Below, one piece after another: positions 35,967 to 50,522 of a stretch of DNA of 64,000 bases. How positions within the stretch are numbered: the first letter of the stretch is position 1; each line of letters begins with the position of its first letter. This DNA is from Octopus sinensis (Eukaryota): NCBI RefSeq assembly GCF_006345805.1, contig NC_043012.1, positions 36,146,001-36,210,000 of the forward strand, in the 5' to 3' direction. Position numbers and translations under genes: made by a program. Under the pieces are notes generated by a model. It saw only the letters and a list, made by a program, of their open reading frames with translations. It was not told the origin of the DNA and made no database searches.

Positions 35967-37045
35967 ATTATTATTATTATTATTATTATTAGAACAGTAA
36001 GTTGGTAAAGTCATTAGCATGTTGAGTAAAATACTTAGCAGCATTTCATCCGTTTTTTTACATTCTGAGTTCAAATTTCACAAAGGTTGACTTTGCCTTT
36101 CATCCTGGGGTTGATAAAATCAGTACCAGTCAACCACTGGAGCCAATGTAATCAACTTAGCTGCCCCTGCCAAAAAAGAAAATTGCTGGCGTTGTGCCAC
36201 AGTTTGAAACCATTATTATTAATATTATCGCTGTTGTTTACTGTTAATCTACATGTTTGATGCAATCACATGCCGGGACACACCCAACACCCTAAGGAGT
36301 TAAGAAGGTTAAGAGATGTTGAAATATAACTGAAAACTTGGTGAGAAGAAATGGCGAGAGCATTAGAGAAATACCTCAATATAATACAACACAAAAATCT
36401 AAATTGAAAGGGTTTTTCTAAGGATGTGGGTAGTACTTATCAAGACAACCTTTTGAATTTCTTTGAGATATGGTTCTCCTGGGATGTTGTCTAAATGTTT
36501 CTGGCACCCCCTTTTTTTTATCAAACCTATGGAACCTACAATTACTCTAGGAGAACCATTAGAACATTGGGAAAATTGATTTGCAGAATTTATTTCAGCA
36601 CTTTATGTTCTGGGTTCAAATCCCACAGTGGTAAACTGCATCAGTCATCACTCCAGAGTCAATAAAATAAGGTACCAGTCGCGTACTGGAGGCTACTTAC
36701 TTGACTGATCCCCACCCCATACCCCCAAAACTGTTGGTGTCACTCCTTAATCTAAAGCAGTCATTATTATTATTATTATTAGTAGTAGTAGTAGTAGTAT
36801 ATTATCTGTAAGGCAGTAAGCTGACAGAATTGTTAACATGTCAGACGAAATGATTAATGGTTTTTCACCCATCTTTACGTTCTGAGTTCAAATGCCACTG
36901 GCTTCGACTTTGCCTTTTGTCTGTTCCCCTTTCAGGATTAATAAAATAAGTATCAGTTGAAAACTGTGGGTACTGATTTAATCGACTTTCCCCTCCTCCA
37001 AAATTGCTGGCCTTGAGCCGAAATTAGAAGCCATTATTATTATTA

Positions 37046-37109
<64 letters not shown>

Positions 37110-37669
37110 CATCATTATCATCATCATCACCATTATTATTATAAGTACACACATATGAATGTATAGCTAAGTTTCTCATATAATACACATTGTTGATGAA
37201 GTAGGTATTTTCTATATCACAAATCTGTTCAATCTTACAATGCATTTCTCTTTGTCCTTTGTTCTTCTTACCAATTCTATTTTGTTCTATAACAGCTGTT
37301 TGTTATTGTCCTTGTTATTGCTGCTGGTGCTATTTTGCTTTTTTGCTTTTGTTGTTGCTACTTCTGTTCTCCTTGCTGTTCTTGTTATTGCAGTTATGCT
37401 GTACCTGTTGTTGATGTTGTTGTTCGTTATTGTTTAAACTACAGGTCAGACCTGATTGAGCAGATTTATAATCAAAGGCATTCCAACGATGGCAATCCCA
37501 TCATATTTTGGTTTATATAGGACATTATTATTAAACATGCCCTGCTTTTTGGTAACATGATATGGAATGATTTGATGACTTGACTGTTATTTCAAGCAGA
37601 TTGAGCTACCAGAGACAGGCAGGCAGGCAAGAAGAGAGATAGAAAAACAGACAATTAGAACAATAGACA

Positions 37670-38770
37670 GTCAGATAGATAGACAAACCAGGGAATACAG
37701 AGACACACAGAGAGGGAATGAGAAAACAGACAGATAGATAGATACATACATACATACATACGTACATACATACTTACATACATACATACATTCATACATA
37801 CATTCATACATACATACATTCATACATACATTCATACATACATACATACATACATACATACATACATAATACACACACACATGCATGCATACATACATAC
37901 ATAATACATACATACATACATACATACATACATTCATACATTCATACATACATACATACATACATTCATACATTCATACATACATACATACATACATTCA
38001 TACATACATACATACATACATACATACATACATACATACATACATACATACATACATTCATACATTCATACATACATTCATACATACATTCATACATACA
38101 TACATACATAATACACACACACATGCATGCATACATACATACACACATACATACATACACACATACATACATACATAATACATACATACATACATTCATA
38201 CATACATACATACATACATACATAATACATACATTCATACATTCATACATACATACATACATACATACATCATACATACATACATACATACATACATACA
38301 TACATACATACATTCATACATACATACATTCATACATACATACATAATACATACATAATTAATACATACATTATACATACATACATACATACATCATACA
38401 TCATTCATACATAATACATACATTCATACATTCATAATACATACATACATACATACATACATACATACATACATACATAATACCTACATTCATACATACA
38501 TACATACATACATACATACATACATACATACATACATAATACATACATTCATACATTCATACATACATACATACATACATTCATACATACATACATTCTA
38601 CATAATAATACATTCATACATCTACATACATACATACATACATTCATACATTTACATACTACATACATACATAAATACAACATTCATACATCACATACAT
38701 ACATACATACATACATACATACATACATACATACATACATACATACATACATACATACATACATACATGC
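37670..38770. repeat. (TACA)n/(TTCA)n tetranucleotide array
   Basis: About 1.1 kb of CATA repeats with variants; similar arrays at 54.6-55.1 kb and 63.5-63.8 kb. Confidence 0.95.
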
Positions 38771-39563
38771 AAATAGAGAGACACATTTACAGGCAAACTT
38801 ACAAACAGACAGACATCCAGCTAGAATATAGATAAAAGATGTGAGAGAGAGAGAATACAGACAGACAGACAGACAGGTAGAGAGAGAGAGATGCATACAT
38901 ACATACATGCTGACTGACAGACAGACAGACAGACAAAATTACAGACTGACAAGAAGACAGAGAGAGAGGGGGGTGTTCTGTTACCAGGTGCTCTCAAATA
39001 GATTAGTCCTAGAGTTTTTCAAGGTGGAAATGTTGTATCCAATACGAAATGTTAAGCCATTATGGCCACCACCACCAACAAAAATAACACCATTACCACC
39101 ACAGCCACAACTACCATCGCAGAAACCAGCAACAAGAACATATTTTGCAACTGATTCTATAACCACAACCACCACCATCACCACCATCAGCAACACCATC
39201 ACAACCACTACCACCACCACCACCACCACCTCAACCAACACCACCATAACAACCACAAAACCTCACCCACAATGAGTACAAACACCAGTGCAATCACCGC
39301 CACCGCCACTACCACCACCACCAGCCTTCTGTGGCACCCCAGAATGGTTCCGTGGTTAGTTAGTACTAGTGCTGTCTCAGACGGACTTCCTCTGGGTGGC
39401 TGCTTTCATTTGCCATCGTTGTAAGATCAAACCTACCAGAATCAACATCAGGCATTCATCTCTTCAAGGTCACAACACACAAGGAATCAGGACGTGTCTA
39501 TAAAAGCTGGATGCGGTTTATATGTTTGAGTGGGTGTATGTTTGTGTGTGTATGTGTGCATAT

Positions 39564-39594
<31 letters not shown>

Positions 39595-39602
39595 CATGTA
39601 TG

Positions 39603-39637
<35 letters not shown>

Positions 39638-39655
39638 TAATACATATCTATACAT

Positions 39656-39701
<46 letters not shown>

Positions 39702-39725
39702 ATACACAATATATACATACATATA

Positions 39726-39814
<89 letters not shown>

Positions 39815-39927
39815 TATACATACATACATACATATATATATATATATACATACATATATATATATATGCATTTATATATACATATATGTGTTGATTGTTA
39901 GAAAGATTTCAGAACTAGCATTTTCCT

Positions 39928-39986
<59 letters not shown>

Positions 39987-40414
39987 TCCATACACGTATA
40001 GGCTTAGACTTCTTTACTTCCTCTTCACTGATGATCTGCACCAGCAAACGGTGATGCCAAAAATTCAAAGAGTGGAATTAATTTCTTACTGTAAGAAGAG
40101 AAGTTTAGAAATCTCTTCTTCCTCCCCGCATAGAATTTATTCTACTATTTTAACACACACACACACACACACATACATAGGCGCAGGTGTGGCTGTGTGG
40201 TAAGAAGCTTGCTTGCCAACCACATGGTTCTAGGTTCGGTCCCTTTGCATGGCACCTTGGGTAAATGTCTTCTACTATAGCTTCAGGCCAATGTAAGCCT
40301 TGTGAATGGAATTGGTAGATAAAAACTGAATGAAACTCACAGTATATATATATATTTATTTATCTCTCTCTCTCTATATATATATATGAGTTTGTGTGTG
40401 TTTGTGTGTGTGCG

Positions 40415-40446
<32 letters not shown>

Positions 40447-40712
40447 AGAGTGGTTGGCGTTAGGAAGGGCATCCAGCTGTAGAAACATTGCCAGATAAGA
40501 CTGGAGCCTGGTGCAGCCTTCTGGCTTCCCAGATCCCCGGTCGAACCGTCCAACCCATGCTAGCATGAAGAACGGACGTTAAACGATGATGATGATGATG
40601 ATGATGATATATATAACGGGAAGCTTTATGAAAATAAACAAAAGACGAAGGCAGGTGGAATACAAACAAACAACTGTATTAGTATGGCGCTCAGGAATAT
40701 AAATAAAACAAG

Positions 40713-40750
40713 TCTTTTACATTTCGAGCCTACGCTCTTCAACAGAAAGA
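40713..40750 (-). ncRNA. Variant hammerhead motif (CUGUUGA core) in a ~280-bp element at 40612-40890
   Basis: UCUUU-CUGUUGA-A-GAGC(GUAG)GCUC-GAAAU-GUA/AAAGA: 5-bp stem I and 4-bp stem II. A6 is U. The downstream motif ctgagcg...taatac is shared with the 1640 family. Confidence 0.55.
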
Positions 40751-41194
40751 TACACAGAAAAGAAACACGGAGAGAAACAAGGAGAGAAAAAAAATGCGTG
40801 CAGAGGCTAGCGAATCAACATGGCGATCTAATTTCGGCCAGAAGTCAAAGATCAAACATGAGACGCAAGAGCGAAATTAGGGGAGATAACAGGGTCATCA
40901 TCATAATCATCATCATTGTCAACGTTTAATGTCTGCTTTCTATGCTGGCATGGGTTGGACAGTTTGACTGAGGACTGGTGATCCTGGAGGCTGCACCAGG
41001 CTCAATCTGATCAGGCAGACTTCACGCTGGGGTTAATATAAATAATTGACTAAAGTCTCTGAAGGTGACGAAGAAGTGGACAATAAATAGAGGGGGAAAA
41101 GAAAACAGTTATTCATTGGAAGAAAACAGAATTTGGAAATAAATTTTGAATAGGGCCAGTACTGATTGAAACATATACATTAAAAGAGAGAAAA

Positions 41195-41335
41195 ACAGAT
41201 ACTGGAGAAGGAAAACAGATAACAAGTGAGAGAAGATAGACAGAAGGAAAACAGATAACAAGTGAGAGAAGATAGACAGAAGGAAAACAGATACTGGAGA
41301 AGGAAAACAGATAACAAATGAGAGAAGATAGATGC
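41195..41335. repeat. ~36-bp purine-rich minisatellite
   Basis: Tandem cagaaggaaaacagataacaagtgagagaagataga units and related subunits. Confidence 0.75.
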
Positions 41336-42784
41336 TGATTGAAGAAAACAGGGACTGAGATTAAAGATGGAGAAAACAGATATAAATTTTAAAATAGAGA
41401 CTGAATAAGACAGATGTTGAATGAAGAGAGAAAAATAGATACTGAGAGGGAGAATGCAAATATTGGGTGAAATATTTTTAAAAAACAGATATTGATTGAG
41501 AAAAGCAGAAACTGAATAAGAGAAAAACAGATATAATATGAAGGAGAGAATATAATGCTTGTGTATGTAGATATTGAACATGAAGTAAGAATAAATATCA
41601 ATTTCTGAGAATAACTGCAATTGAGTAACATTATAATAAGGATAATGGTCAGAGGTAGAGGTTAGGTTCAGGTTCAATTTCACTGAGGGACACAATGCAA
41701 ATGTCTTCTACTGTAGCATTGGGTTGACAACTAAAGTCTTGGGAGTGTATTTCTGGTGAATGGAAACTGTGTGGAAGCCTGCCAGAGTGAATTTTAGTAG
41801 ATTTAATCTATCATTTGATCTAATAGTACGACGACCTTTCTTTTTGGTGTCTTTAGCGGAGTCCACGGCTGTAAGCATTTATGACCAATTCTCTGGTCTG
41901 AAGATATCTTATTTCCACCGGAAACCCTGCGATGAGTCATAGTCACTACCCCACCTCCTTAAATGGTAGTGGCCGTCGTCATCATCGCCATGATGATGAT
42001 GATGGTTTTCTTTGTGGTGGTGGTGTCATTCAATGATTCAGTTGTTTGATCATCTTGAGTACCTGCTCTTGAATTAAAATTTAAGTGGCTGAGTATTCCA
42101 TAGAAACGTAATTCTCAAACAGAATCAACATGACACAATATGTGCAACATGACTGTACTTTTTGAATAATAGGTGAAATTAATCCACAAGGCTTCCATGC
42201 AGTTTCCACCCATGCAATTTCACACACAAGATATGGGCTGAACTGAGGCTATGGAAAATAACACTTGCCCAATGTCACACAGTGGGGTTGAACCCAGGTT
42301 TTTGTGGTTGCCCAAAGTAATCCTTTCTTCTTTGGACACAAAGCCTGGAATACATCGACCCCCAGTATTTGACTGGTACTTTATTTTATTGACCCTGAAA
42401 GGATGAAAGGCAAAGTCGACCTTGGCAGAATTTGAACTCAGAACGTGAAGACAGATGAAGTGCTGCTGAGCATTTTGCCCAATGCAGTAACAGTTTGACC
42501 CAATACTTGACTGATGTTTAATTTATTGACCCCGAAAGGATGAAAGCAGCAGACGAAATATCACTAAGCATTTCATCTGGCATGTTAACAATTCTGCCAG
42601 TTTGCCACCTTACCATAAAACAAAATAATAAAATTTTAAATTGGTCTTTGAGAATTTAAAGCATTTTGTTGGTTAACACAAGGTGCAGAGTTCAAACCTC
42701 ACTGAGATCAATTAATTTCTTTGTTTGGACATTACTATTTGTAAATCTCTCAATGAGAGATATTCAGCAACAGTACTCTAGAGT

Positions 42785-42855
42785 AAAGATTATTTGCCAA
42801 CATAACATGGCAGTCCTGGTTTAGGACTGCCATATTGTGTTGGCAAATAATCTTT
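42785..42855. repeat. 71-nt hairpin (33-bp stem, 5-nt loop)
   Basis: 42785-42817 pairs with 42823-42855 with one G.U pair and one mismatch. Confidence 0.9.
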
Positions 42856-42930
42856 AATCTCTTTGTTGTTTGGGCCTTCATAAAATAATGGACCAAATGA
42901 ATCAAATTATATTTTATGTTTTTGTTTTAA

Positions 42931-43139
42931 CCCTTTAGCATTCAGATTACTCTATCAAATGTAATGTTTATTTATTCCCTAACCCTATGTTTCAAGTAAA
43001 TTGTACATTATCTCATAGCTTCAAAATTTCAATGATGTGATTGTTTATAGGGTACATGTAAGAGATCATATCTGGCCAGTTTAGATACAAAGCAGGTCAA
43101 ATATTAGGGCTGGATATGGTCTGTTTAAATGTTAAAGGA
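42931..43139. mobile_element. TTAA-flanked MITE (piggyBac-like ends); related copy at ~28874-29090
   Basis: TTAA|CCCTTTAGCATT...AATGTTAAAGGA|TCAA, with imperfect TIRs and a TSD-like TTAA/TCAA. The shared body cattcagattactct...cattatctcatagcttcaa also occurs at 28.9 kb. Confidence 0.6.
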
Positions 43140-44843
43140 TCAAAGAGGGCAGGGATATAGTTTCTTTTTTAATGGTCTGGTGAGAAGAGGAACAGCTACA
43201 CTCATGATCCGTTTAGGGTTTCTTGAATGGGGAAGAAAGAAAGGCAGAATTTCAAATCATGAAATAAACTCGTTAAGAAGCAGAGTACTCTAAAAACACA
43301 CATCACCTTAATAAAATTCCCAGGCACCAACAACATTAGACTTTTGAATTACAGATGCAATTTGGAAGAGAAAAAGAGAGAGAAACAGAGAAGGAGAATC
43401 AACCCCAGTACATGACTGGTACTTTATTTATCAACCCTGAAATCTTGAAAAGCATAGCTAAGTTTGGTAGGGATTGAATTTTATGTGCAGAGTCACAGTG
43501 AACACCACAAGGTATACAGAACACTGCAAAATGGTTGGTGGTTGGATGAGCATCCATCCATGGAAACTGAACTGGAATGATCCATACAAGCACTAATCTA
43601 TGAAAGTAGTGGCTCCTAATAAGAATCCTTCCAACCCATGCCAGCATGAAAAGTAGACATAAATGATAGTGATGATGAGGATGATGATGACAACAATGAA
43701 AACGATGAAGAGAATGGCAATCATGATGATGACAATGATCCAGATGGTCATGATGATGATGATGATGATGATGATTACATTATTGAACAAGAGATTAAGC
43801 TACCAGGACAACAATGTTGTTACATAGTTTCAAACCTCACAAGAACTGAATTAATCTTCCTGGGACAAGGCATAAGCCTCACATATCAATCCATAAGCCT
43901 TGTTCCTATAAATGTGGAGCTTTCGTGATATTTTATTAATTTATAAACAAGATATAACAATGGAGAAGATACCAATGCTTATAGACAGACCTGCTTCCTT
44001 TCTACTTCGGCAAAGAGGATCTCCATGTGGTTGTTCAGTGTTAGAAATGGCAACCAACACTTCTTCAAATCTCACACCACCATGCTAAACAGAGATGGAC
44101 ACATTTAATAATGTAGTCCTAGATATACCTAAAAGGCAGGGTGCTCATGGCTGGAATGGTCTTGATCATAAGTTTGTCTTTTTCTTGTTGACCTGAACTA
44201 AACAACAATTTTGTTGTTGAAGCATTTAATAAAGTGATTCTCAATCATTTTTAAATCTAGGTCTGATGCAAAACTTCAATTCTTTTAGGGGGTTACACCA
44301 AAATAAAGTAAAACACAAGTCAATTAAAAAAAAACTTTATAATATTGTTAGAGGGTAGATCGTCAAGGGCTGCCAGAAGAATGATTTAGGGCCACATATT
44401 GCCCTGGAAGCTGTGGGTGAGAGCCACTGATTTAAGGAATCAAGGAATATATTCTGTATCAATGTCATGCAGTGTAAATTCTTCATTTGTTAAAATTCTC
44501 TGACTCTAAAGAATGTGTCATAATTTCCAAATGCCAATTGGGAGTGTCTCCACATGAGAAGGGGAGATAATCTGAAGAAGCAAAAATTCCCCAAAGCTGA
44601 CATGCCATTGAGGAAAAGAACAGGTTTTGTCCTCTTATCTCCAAACAATAAGCCTATCCTCTTTATCTCGGGATCGCATCCCCTTCTCACATGGTAATTA
44701 TGGAGCAACTTCTGGAGACAGAGATAATTTTAATAAACCAGGAATTTATGTTGTATGGTATTTGATATACCTGTATTTATATATGTTGTGCATATGCATG
44801 CCAATGGCCACTGAGTTATTTCCCATGGCTAATTTTTGTTTAA

Positions 44844-44983
<140 letters not shown>

Positions 44984-45959
44984 TATGCTGTTTTCCTCTT
45001 TCTTTTACTACTTTCATTGATTCAAATAAGACAAAAAGAAATATAATTTTGAATTTGTTTTGCAACACTCTTGATGTAAAAATATGTGTTGAAACAGAGG
45101 CTGTCACATCTTGGAAGGGTCATCTTGCCAATAAGGAACGCAGGTGCTGGTTCTGTTTCACTTCGTTTTACTATTATTAATTTAACTAGTTAACTAGTTA
45201 AGCAACTAATTTATCGATTGCTTGATTAATTATTTGATCAATTAATCGCTCAGCTGGTATACCAGAATCCTTTCATTTGTGACCACATCAATGACATGTT
45301 CACGATATTTCCCGATTGTCAATAATAAGGGCTGAATAGCAATGAAAGGACTATGAGAAGGTGATTAACTGATTGAGTGAAGGATTAATGAAGTAATTGA
45401 TTAGTTTATTAGTAAATTGGGTAATTTCTTAGTAAATAATAAAAAATTAAGTGAAATAGAGCCAGTGCATGTGAGTACTTCTTATTGGCTAAATGCCCTT
45501 CCTAAATATTCACCAAAAAATGTCACTGTACAGCTTTAACGTCGATAGATACTGCATACAAACAACCATCTAAATATTTAAATAAATGGGTACCACAAGA
45601 AAAAATTAACATAAAATACTTGTTCATTCGTATTTTGAGCGAGCGGAGGATGACTTTCTTATTTCGCAGACTATATCTAACAATGCCATGTTGACTAAGA
45701 TTCAATTCTGGTTATCATCTCTGCTTTTAATGGGTAGGGTTTACTGTAGCTAACATCCGGCTATCACTTGTTTCATTTGTCGTTTTGATCGACTTAACAC
45801 TTCAGACTGTCAATTCTAATTATTAAACTGTAATTCATTGCCGCTTAAACTCTGTTTGCGACTTGTGGAATGCTTAAAATTTCAATATAAACTTCCTTTC
45901 ATGATAAAGTATGGATTAATAAAAATAAATGTTAAATAGACGTTTTTGTAAACCAACAG

Positions 45960-46820
45960 TTCCCATCAGAAGTGACTAATGGCGGCCTACAGAGAACTAA
46001 CTCTATCTCAAAATACGATAAGCTTGACATAATACTTTTAAGAAATTATATTTAATATTTTGTAAATTCTTCTTATCTGCATGTCATAAAGATACCCGTT
46101 AGTTATCAAGTTGTTAAAGTGATAAAAATAGAGTGTAACAAATGCTGGAATATCGGTCAAGGTTGTAAGATAATGTGTCTAAGACAAAGCCAGATATAAT
46201 TTGTGTGACTTGGCCAATGAATGACTTGTCGACTGTAAGTCAGGGCCATATCACACTTCAATTCAGTTAGTTCTGACGTTAATATTCTAATTATTGCCTT
46301 AGGCTGGTCCATCTAACTTCATTTTCTCCATCAAAATTTTATTTAAGGAAAACAAACGTTTCAATTTTTGGTAATTATTTTCAAAAAATATATGATGATA
46401 ATAATAACAACAACAACCTCCTTTGTGAAAAATTTTATATTCATTGTTTGAGAAATAAATAAAAACTATGCTATAACAAGGTTGATTTCAAAAATTATGC
46501 AAGAATTTATTTTTTATTTATCTGTCTGTTCTTTTCATTGAAAAATATTTTATTTTCTTCGTTCTTCATTAGAAATATACTTGATAGTTACAGTGTAAAG
46601 GCTAACGTTTGTTGACTTGGAATAACATAAACAAGTGACGTCTGCGGAGAAATAAAGACTTAAGATGGCGACGGGAATCAGATCTTAAGTTACAAAATCG
46701 CTGTTGTTTTCAGTGTAATGTTTGTTATTTCATTCGTCTTTTATCTGTAAATGATCAGATAAACACGTTTTCTTTCATTATATTCCTAAAACGATACTCT
46801 CAACTCAAGTTAACAGGTAT
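45960..46820. promoter_or_regulatory. Promoter-like unique region
   Basis: Repeat-free sequence that retains CpGs, with YY1-like AATGGCGG (45978-45985) and AAGATGGCG (46662-46670), CRE-like TGACGTC (46636-46642), and a possible donor CAG|GTATAT at 46817. No coding exon was identified. Confidence 0.35.
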
Positions 46821-48631
46821 ATAAAAGACGATTAATTTCCTGTTTTCGTTCACAAACAGCCATTAAGTAACTGCCGTTTGTTCCGTTCTCTTATTTTTTA
46901 TTGTTGTTTTTTCAAGGGGGAAGGGCGTTTTCCTATGTTTTTTTAAACGTTTACAATCTGAAATAGATTCTACGTATCCATCCACACTTACCATTTTCTC
47001 TTTAATGAAATGTTTACTCTTTTTAACATATTTTTCTTCGATAGTGATGGCTTTTATCAAAACTAAACTGTTGATGTTTAACCCAATGTCAGCCGTGACC
47101 ATCCTGTCTTTTATTCAACTCTCATGGACTTAATGTCACAGTGAATGCATTGTCCAATGCATCTTTCTTCTATTACGACAGCAGAGTGTGATCATAATGA
47201 ATATTTAGCTGCTATTTCTGCATATAGTAGGTTCTCACAAATGTAATTTGGTGCGTTGAAAAAGTATTCATTCAAATTATCCTTGTCATTAGAAGAGAAA
47301 TTACTTTTTCTAAGTATTAAAAAATCTAAAATTTATGTAGTGATCTCCCTTCTTTGTAGGTTGTTAACACCTAGAAGTTTTTACTTTCAACAAGGATAAT
47401 CTCTGTTAATCGCAGTCTTTCAGTTCAATCTATTACGTATGTAAGACTTTGATGTGCATTCAGTGCACAGAGCATTTCCCCTAATGGCTTCAGCCATTTA
47501 ATATATTCCCTTTGTGCACGCACAGATATATAAAACTCCACACCAACCAAACAGTGCTTATATCGTGGAGATTAAATCATTGTAATAACAGATTATCGCA
47601 GATTTTCATTAGTAAACGTGTCACTGATGCAACAAGTATATCTGATCGGTTGGAATGCTGTAATACGAAGTGAGAAACCGGCCACAACTTAACTGAAGCT
47701 GATTAACATTGGATGATAAGAAAGAGGAATTTCTCTGTGCTAACGAAATTAAGTGAGACTACTCCTATTCATATGTCAGAATTGTTTCCCATCCCTCACC
47801 ACGATTGTGTTTTTGCAGCCGATCGATTTTTCTGATTGTGAAACTTTAATGTGATAATCTAAAGCAAAACTTCAATAGTCATACGTGTGTGGTGTGTTTG
47901 TGTGCGCAGTCGCAGTGAAGAAACAAAAGAATGAAGATGATAGTACTGCATTTTTACTTTGTTACGATCGTTTCAATAGTTAGTCAATATGAAGGGTTAT
48001 ACATACAAATTATGCAAATCCACACCGTATTAAATACAAATTACACTAATCGTTTCTTCAGACTAATTTACAAAAGTGATACCAAACTAGATACTGACTT
48101 TCATAATGAAGATTAGTTTATTATATAGATTACGGAAGGGAGTATATAGAAGAGTAAATAATAAATTATAAACTGCCGGTGGTCACGTTGTCACAAATTC
48201 ATTTTAATTGGGAGACTATATGGGGCAGCGTGTAGTTCTTCAACGTCAAGTCTATTGTAAGCAGTCACAAAACATTGAGAGACCAGGAATCAACCAGTTT
48301 ATTGTAAATATACCGTAGATTAAAAAAATATAGAAATAGCGGTGAAAAGCTTCAAAGAGAGACGGGAGTTAACTTCTAAATATTCTTGGAATAATGCTTT
48401 AATGGGGGAAATAAGAAGAATAAGGAAAAAAACAGCATTTTGTATATGCTACTCGACGTGAATATACTCTGGAAAGTCACACAACTGTGGTGACGCTGCT
48501 GGACGACTTTCGTCAGTTGTTGATATAGCTCTGTGCTTTTTAGCACTATACATCTATATCTATACAAGATGCTTTCTCCAGACGAATACCGTAGCACTGT
48601 GGGTTTCTACAGTATACACACGTTAAGATTA

Positions 48632-48862
48632 GGGCGGCGAGCTGGCAGGAACGTTAGCAAGCCGGGCGAAATGCTTAGCAGTATTTCGTCTGCCGTTACG
48701 TTCTGAGTTCAAATTCCGCCGAGGTCCACTTTGCCTTTCATCCTTTCGGGGTCGATAAATCAAGTACCAGTTACGCACTGGGGTCGATATAATCGACTTA
48801 ATCCCTTTGTCTGTCCTTGTTTGTCCCCTCTGTGTTTAGCCCCTTGTGGGTAGTAAAGAAAA
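48632..48862 (+). mobile_element. Full-length, little-decayed SINE family A copy
   Basis: Complete head, core and tail with CpGs retained; a second such copy lies at 56344-56560. Confidence 0.9.
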
Positions 48863-49368
48863 ATATGAAGATAAGTATGAGAATAAAGATTAGAGCAGTG
48901 TACTAAAAAATAACTTATTGCGGTGGAAGCGGCTTAGATCACATACAATTGAACTAAATAAATTGATTAGTTACGTGAGAAATTATTAAAACGGGTATTT
49001 TGGAGATATGGAGGAAATGACGTAGATTACTCAGTGATAAAGTTAATGCTATCAAGAATAGGAACACTATACTATAATATTTGATTCAATAAAGTTAGTT
49101 AATCTGATTTTTTAAGAATGTTTTACTGAATTGGTGGGAGCATCGGATCACTAGTTCATTGCGTTTGTTAATTAAGTTACATCTGCATGTAAGGACCTCA
49201 GTGGTTCCACAAAACATAAACTACAACTACCCCACGCCCTTTGTACGGAAGGACAGTGTGTATAATTGACCGCATCACAGAATAACTAATATTCTTCATT
49301 TTGAGGTTCCAAATAAACTTATAGTTATTGATTGATTGACTGATAGATAGATAGATAGATAGATAGAT

Positions 49369-49414
<46 letters not shown>

Positions 49415-49434
49415 GATAGATAGATAGATAGATA

Positions 49435-49759
49435 TGTTTCTTATTAGCCACACAGGGCTGCACACAGATAGAACAAATTACAAGGTAGAGCTTTTCTTTT
49501 GAAGGTTTAAAAAAAAAAAAAGGAAGGGGAGTTTCGATCAAAAGGGATCGTAAAAGGAGAGAAAGAGGACAAAAGAAAGGGGGGGTTAAAAAAAAAAGGG
49601 GGAGAGGAAAAAAAAATTGATCAATAGGGATCGTTATCACAGAAATGTCAATATGAAGTGTAAAGGGGAGGACAGGTGAGGTTTACCCGTGGAAAGAAAA
49701 GCCTACGGAAAAGACCACGGTAACCTCGGTCAATGAAGTCACATTTTATATTTCTTTTT

Positions 49760-49760
<1 letters not shown>
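49435..49760 (-). mobile_element. Probable 3' end of a non-LTR retroelement embedded in (GATA)n
   Basis: About 325 bp of non-microsatellite sequence flanked on both sides by (GATA)n. The minus strand is pyrimidine-rich and ends ...ctaataagaaaca immediately before (TATC)n. Confidence 0.5.
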
Positions 49761-49854
<94 letters not shown>

Positions 49855-49916
49855 AGAGAGAGAGAGATTTAGATAGATAGATAATAGATAGATAGATAAA
49901 TAGAGAGAGAGAGATT

Positions 49917-49988
<72 letters not shown>

Positions 49989-50006
49989 CAGAAAGAGAGA
50001 GAGATT

Positions 50007-50038
<32 letters not shown>

Positions 50039-50048
50039 GAGAGAGATT

Positions 50049-50086
<38 letters not shown>

Positions 50087-50404
50087 TGTGTGTATGCATG
50101 TATATTGGGAGTGAGAGATATACATACAGAGTGCCTTGTGCACCCTTAGGTCGGACCACAACCGATTTCTGCTAGAAACAGAAGAATTGATGCACAGAAA
50201 AAGAAATAGATATAAAGAGGATGAAGTAACCCCACCCCACCCCCAGTCCAGGTACTTTTTTCACCAACCCGGAAAAGATGAAAACAAAGTGGACCTCGGC
50301 TAGATTTGAATTCAGAGCGTAGATTATTAGTAAAATTATCACAAAGTAATGTATATGATGCCCTAACGACTCTACCAATCGGTTGGATACCACATGTGTG
50401 CGCG

Positions 50405-50446
<42 letters not shown>

Positions 50447-50483
50447 TGTATATGTATGTATTTATACGGATGTTTGTATGTGC

Positions 50484-50522
<39 letters not shown>

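Noticed and set aside
40020-40060. CUGAUGA-U-CUG/CAG-CAAAC hammerhead-like string
   Set aside because: GAAA is broken and there is no valid NUH triplet plus stem I.
41180-41695. 171-aa minus-strand ORF
   Set aside because: It is open only because the plus strand is a purine-rich minisatellite; all plus frames have stops and there is no recognisable domain.
44490-44708. 72-aa minus-strand ORF after a strong acceptor
   Set aside because: No recognisable domain; a strong internal donor suggests at most a micro-exon (reported separately).
47931-48116. 61-aa ORF with a signal-peptide-like start (MKMIVLHFYFVTIVSIVS)
   Set aside because: Short, AT-rich, with no motif or supporting exon structure; compatible with chance.
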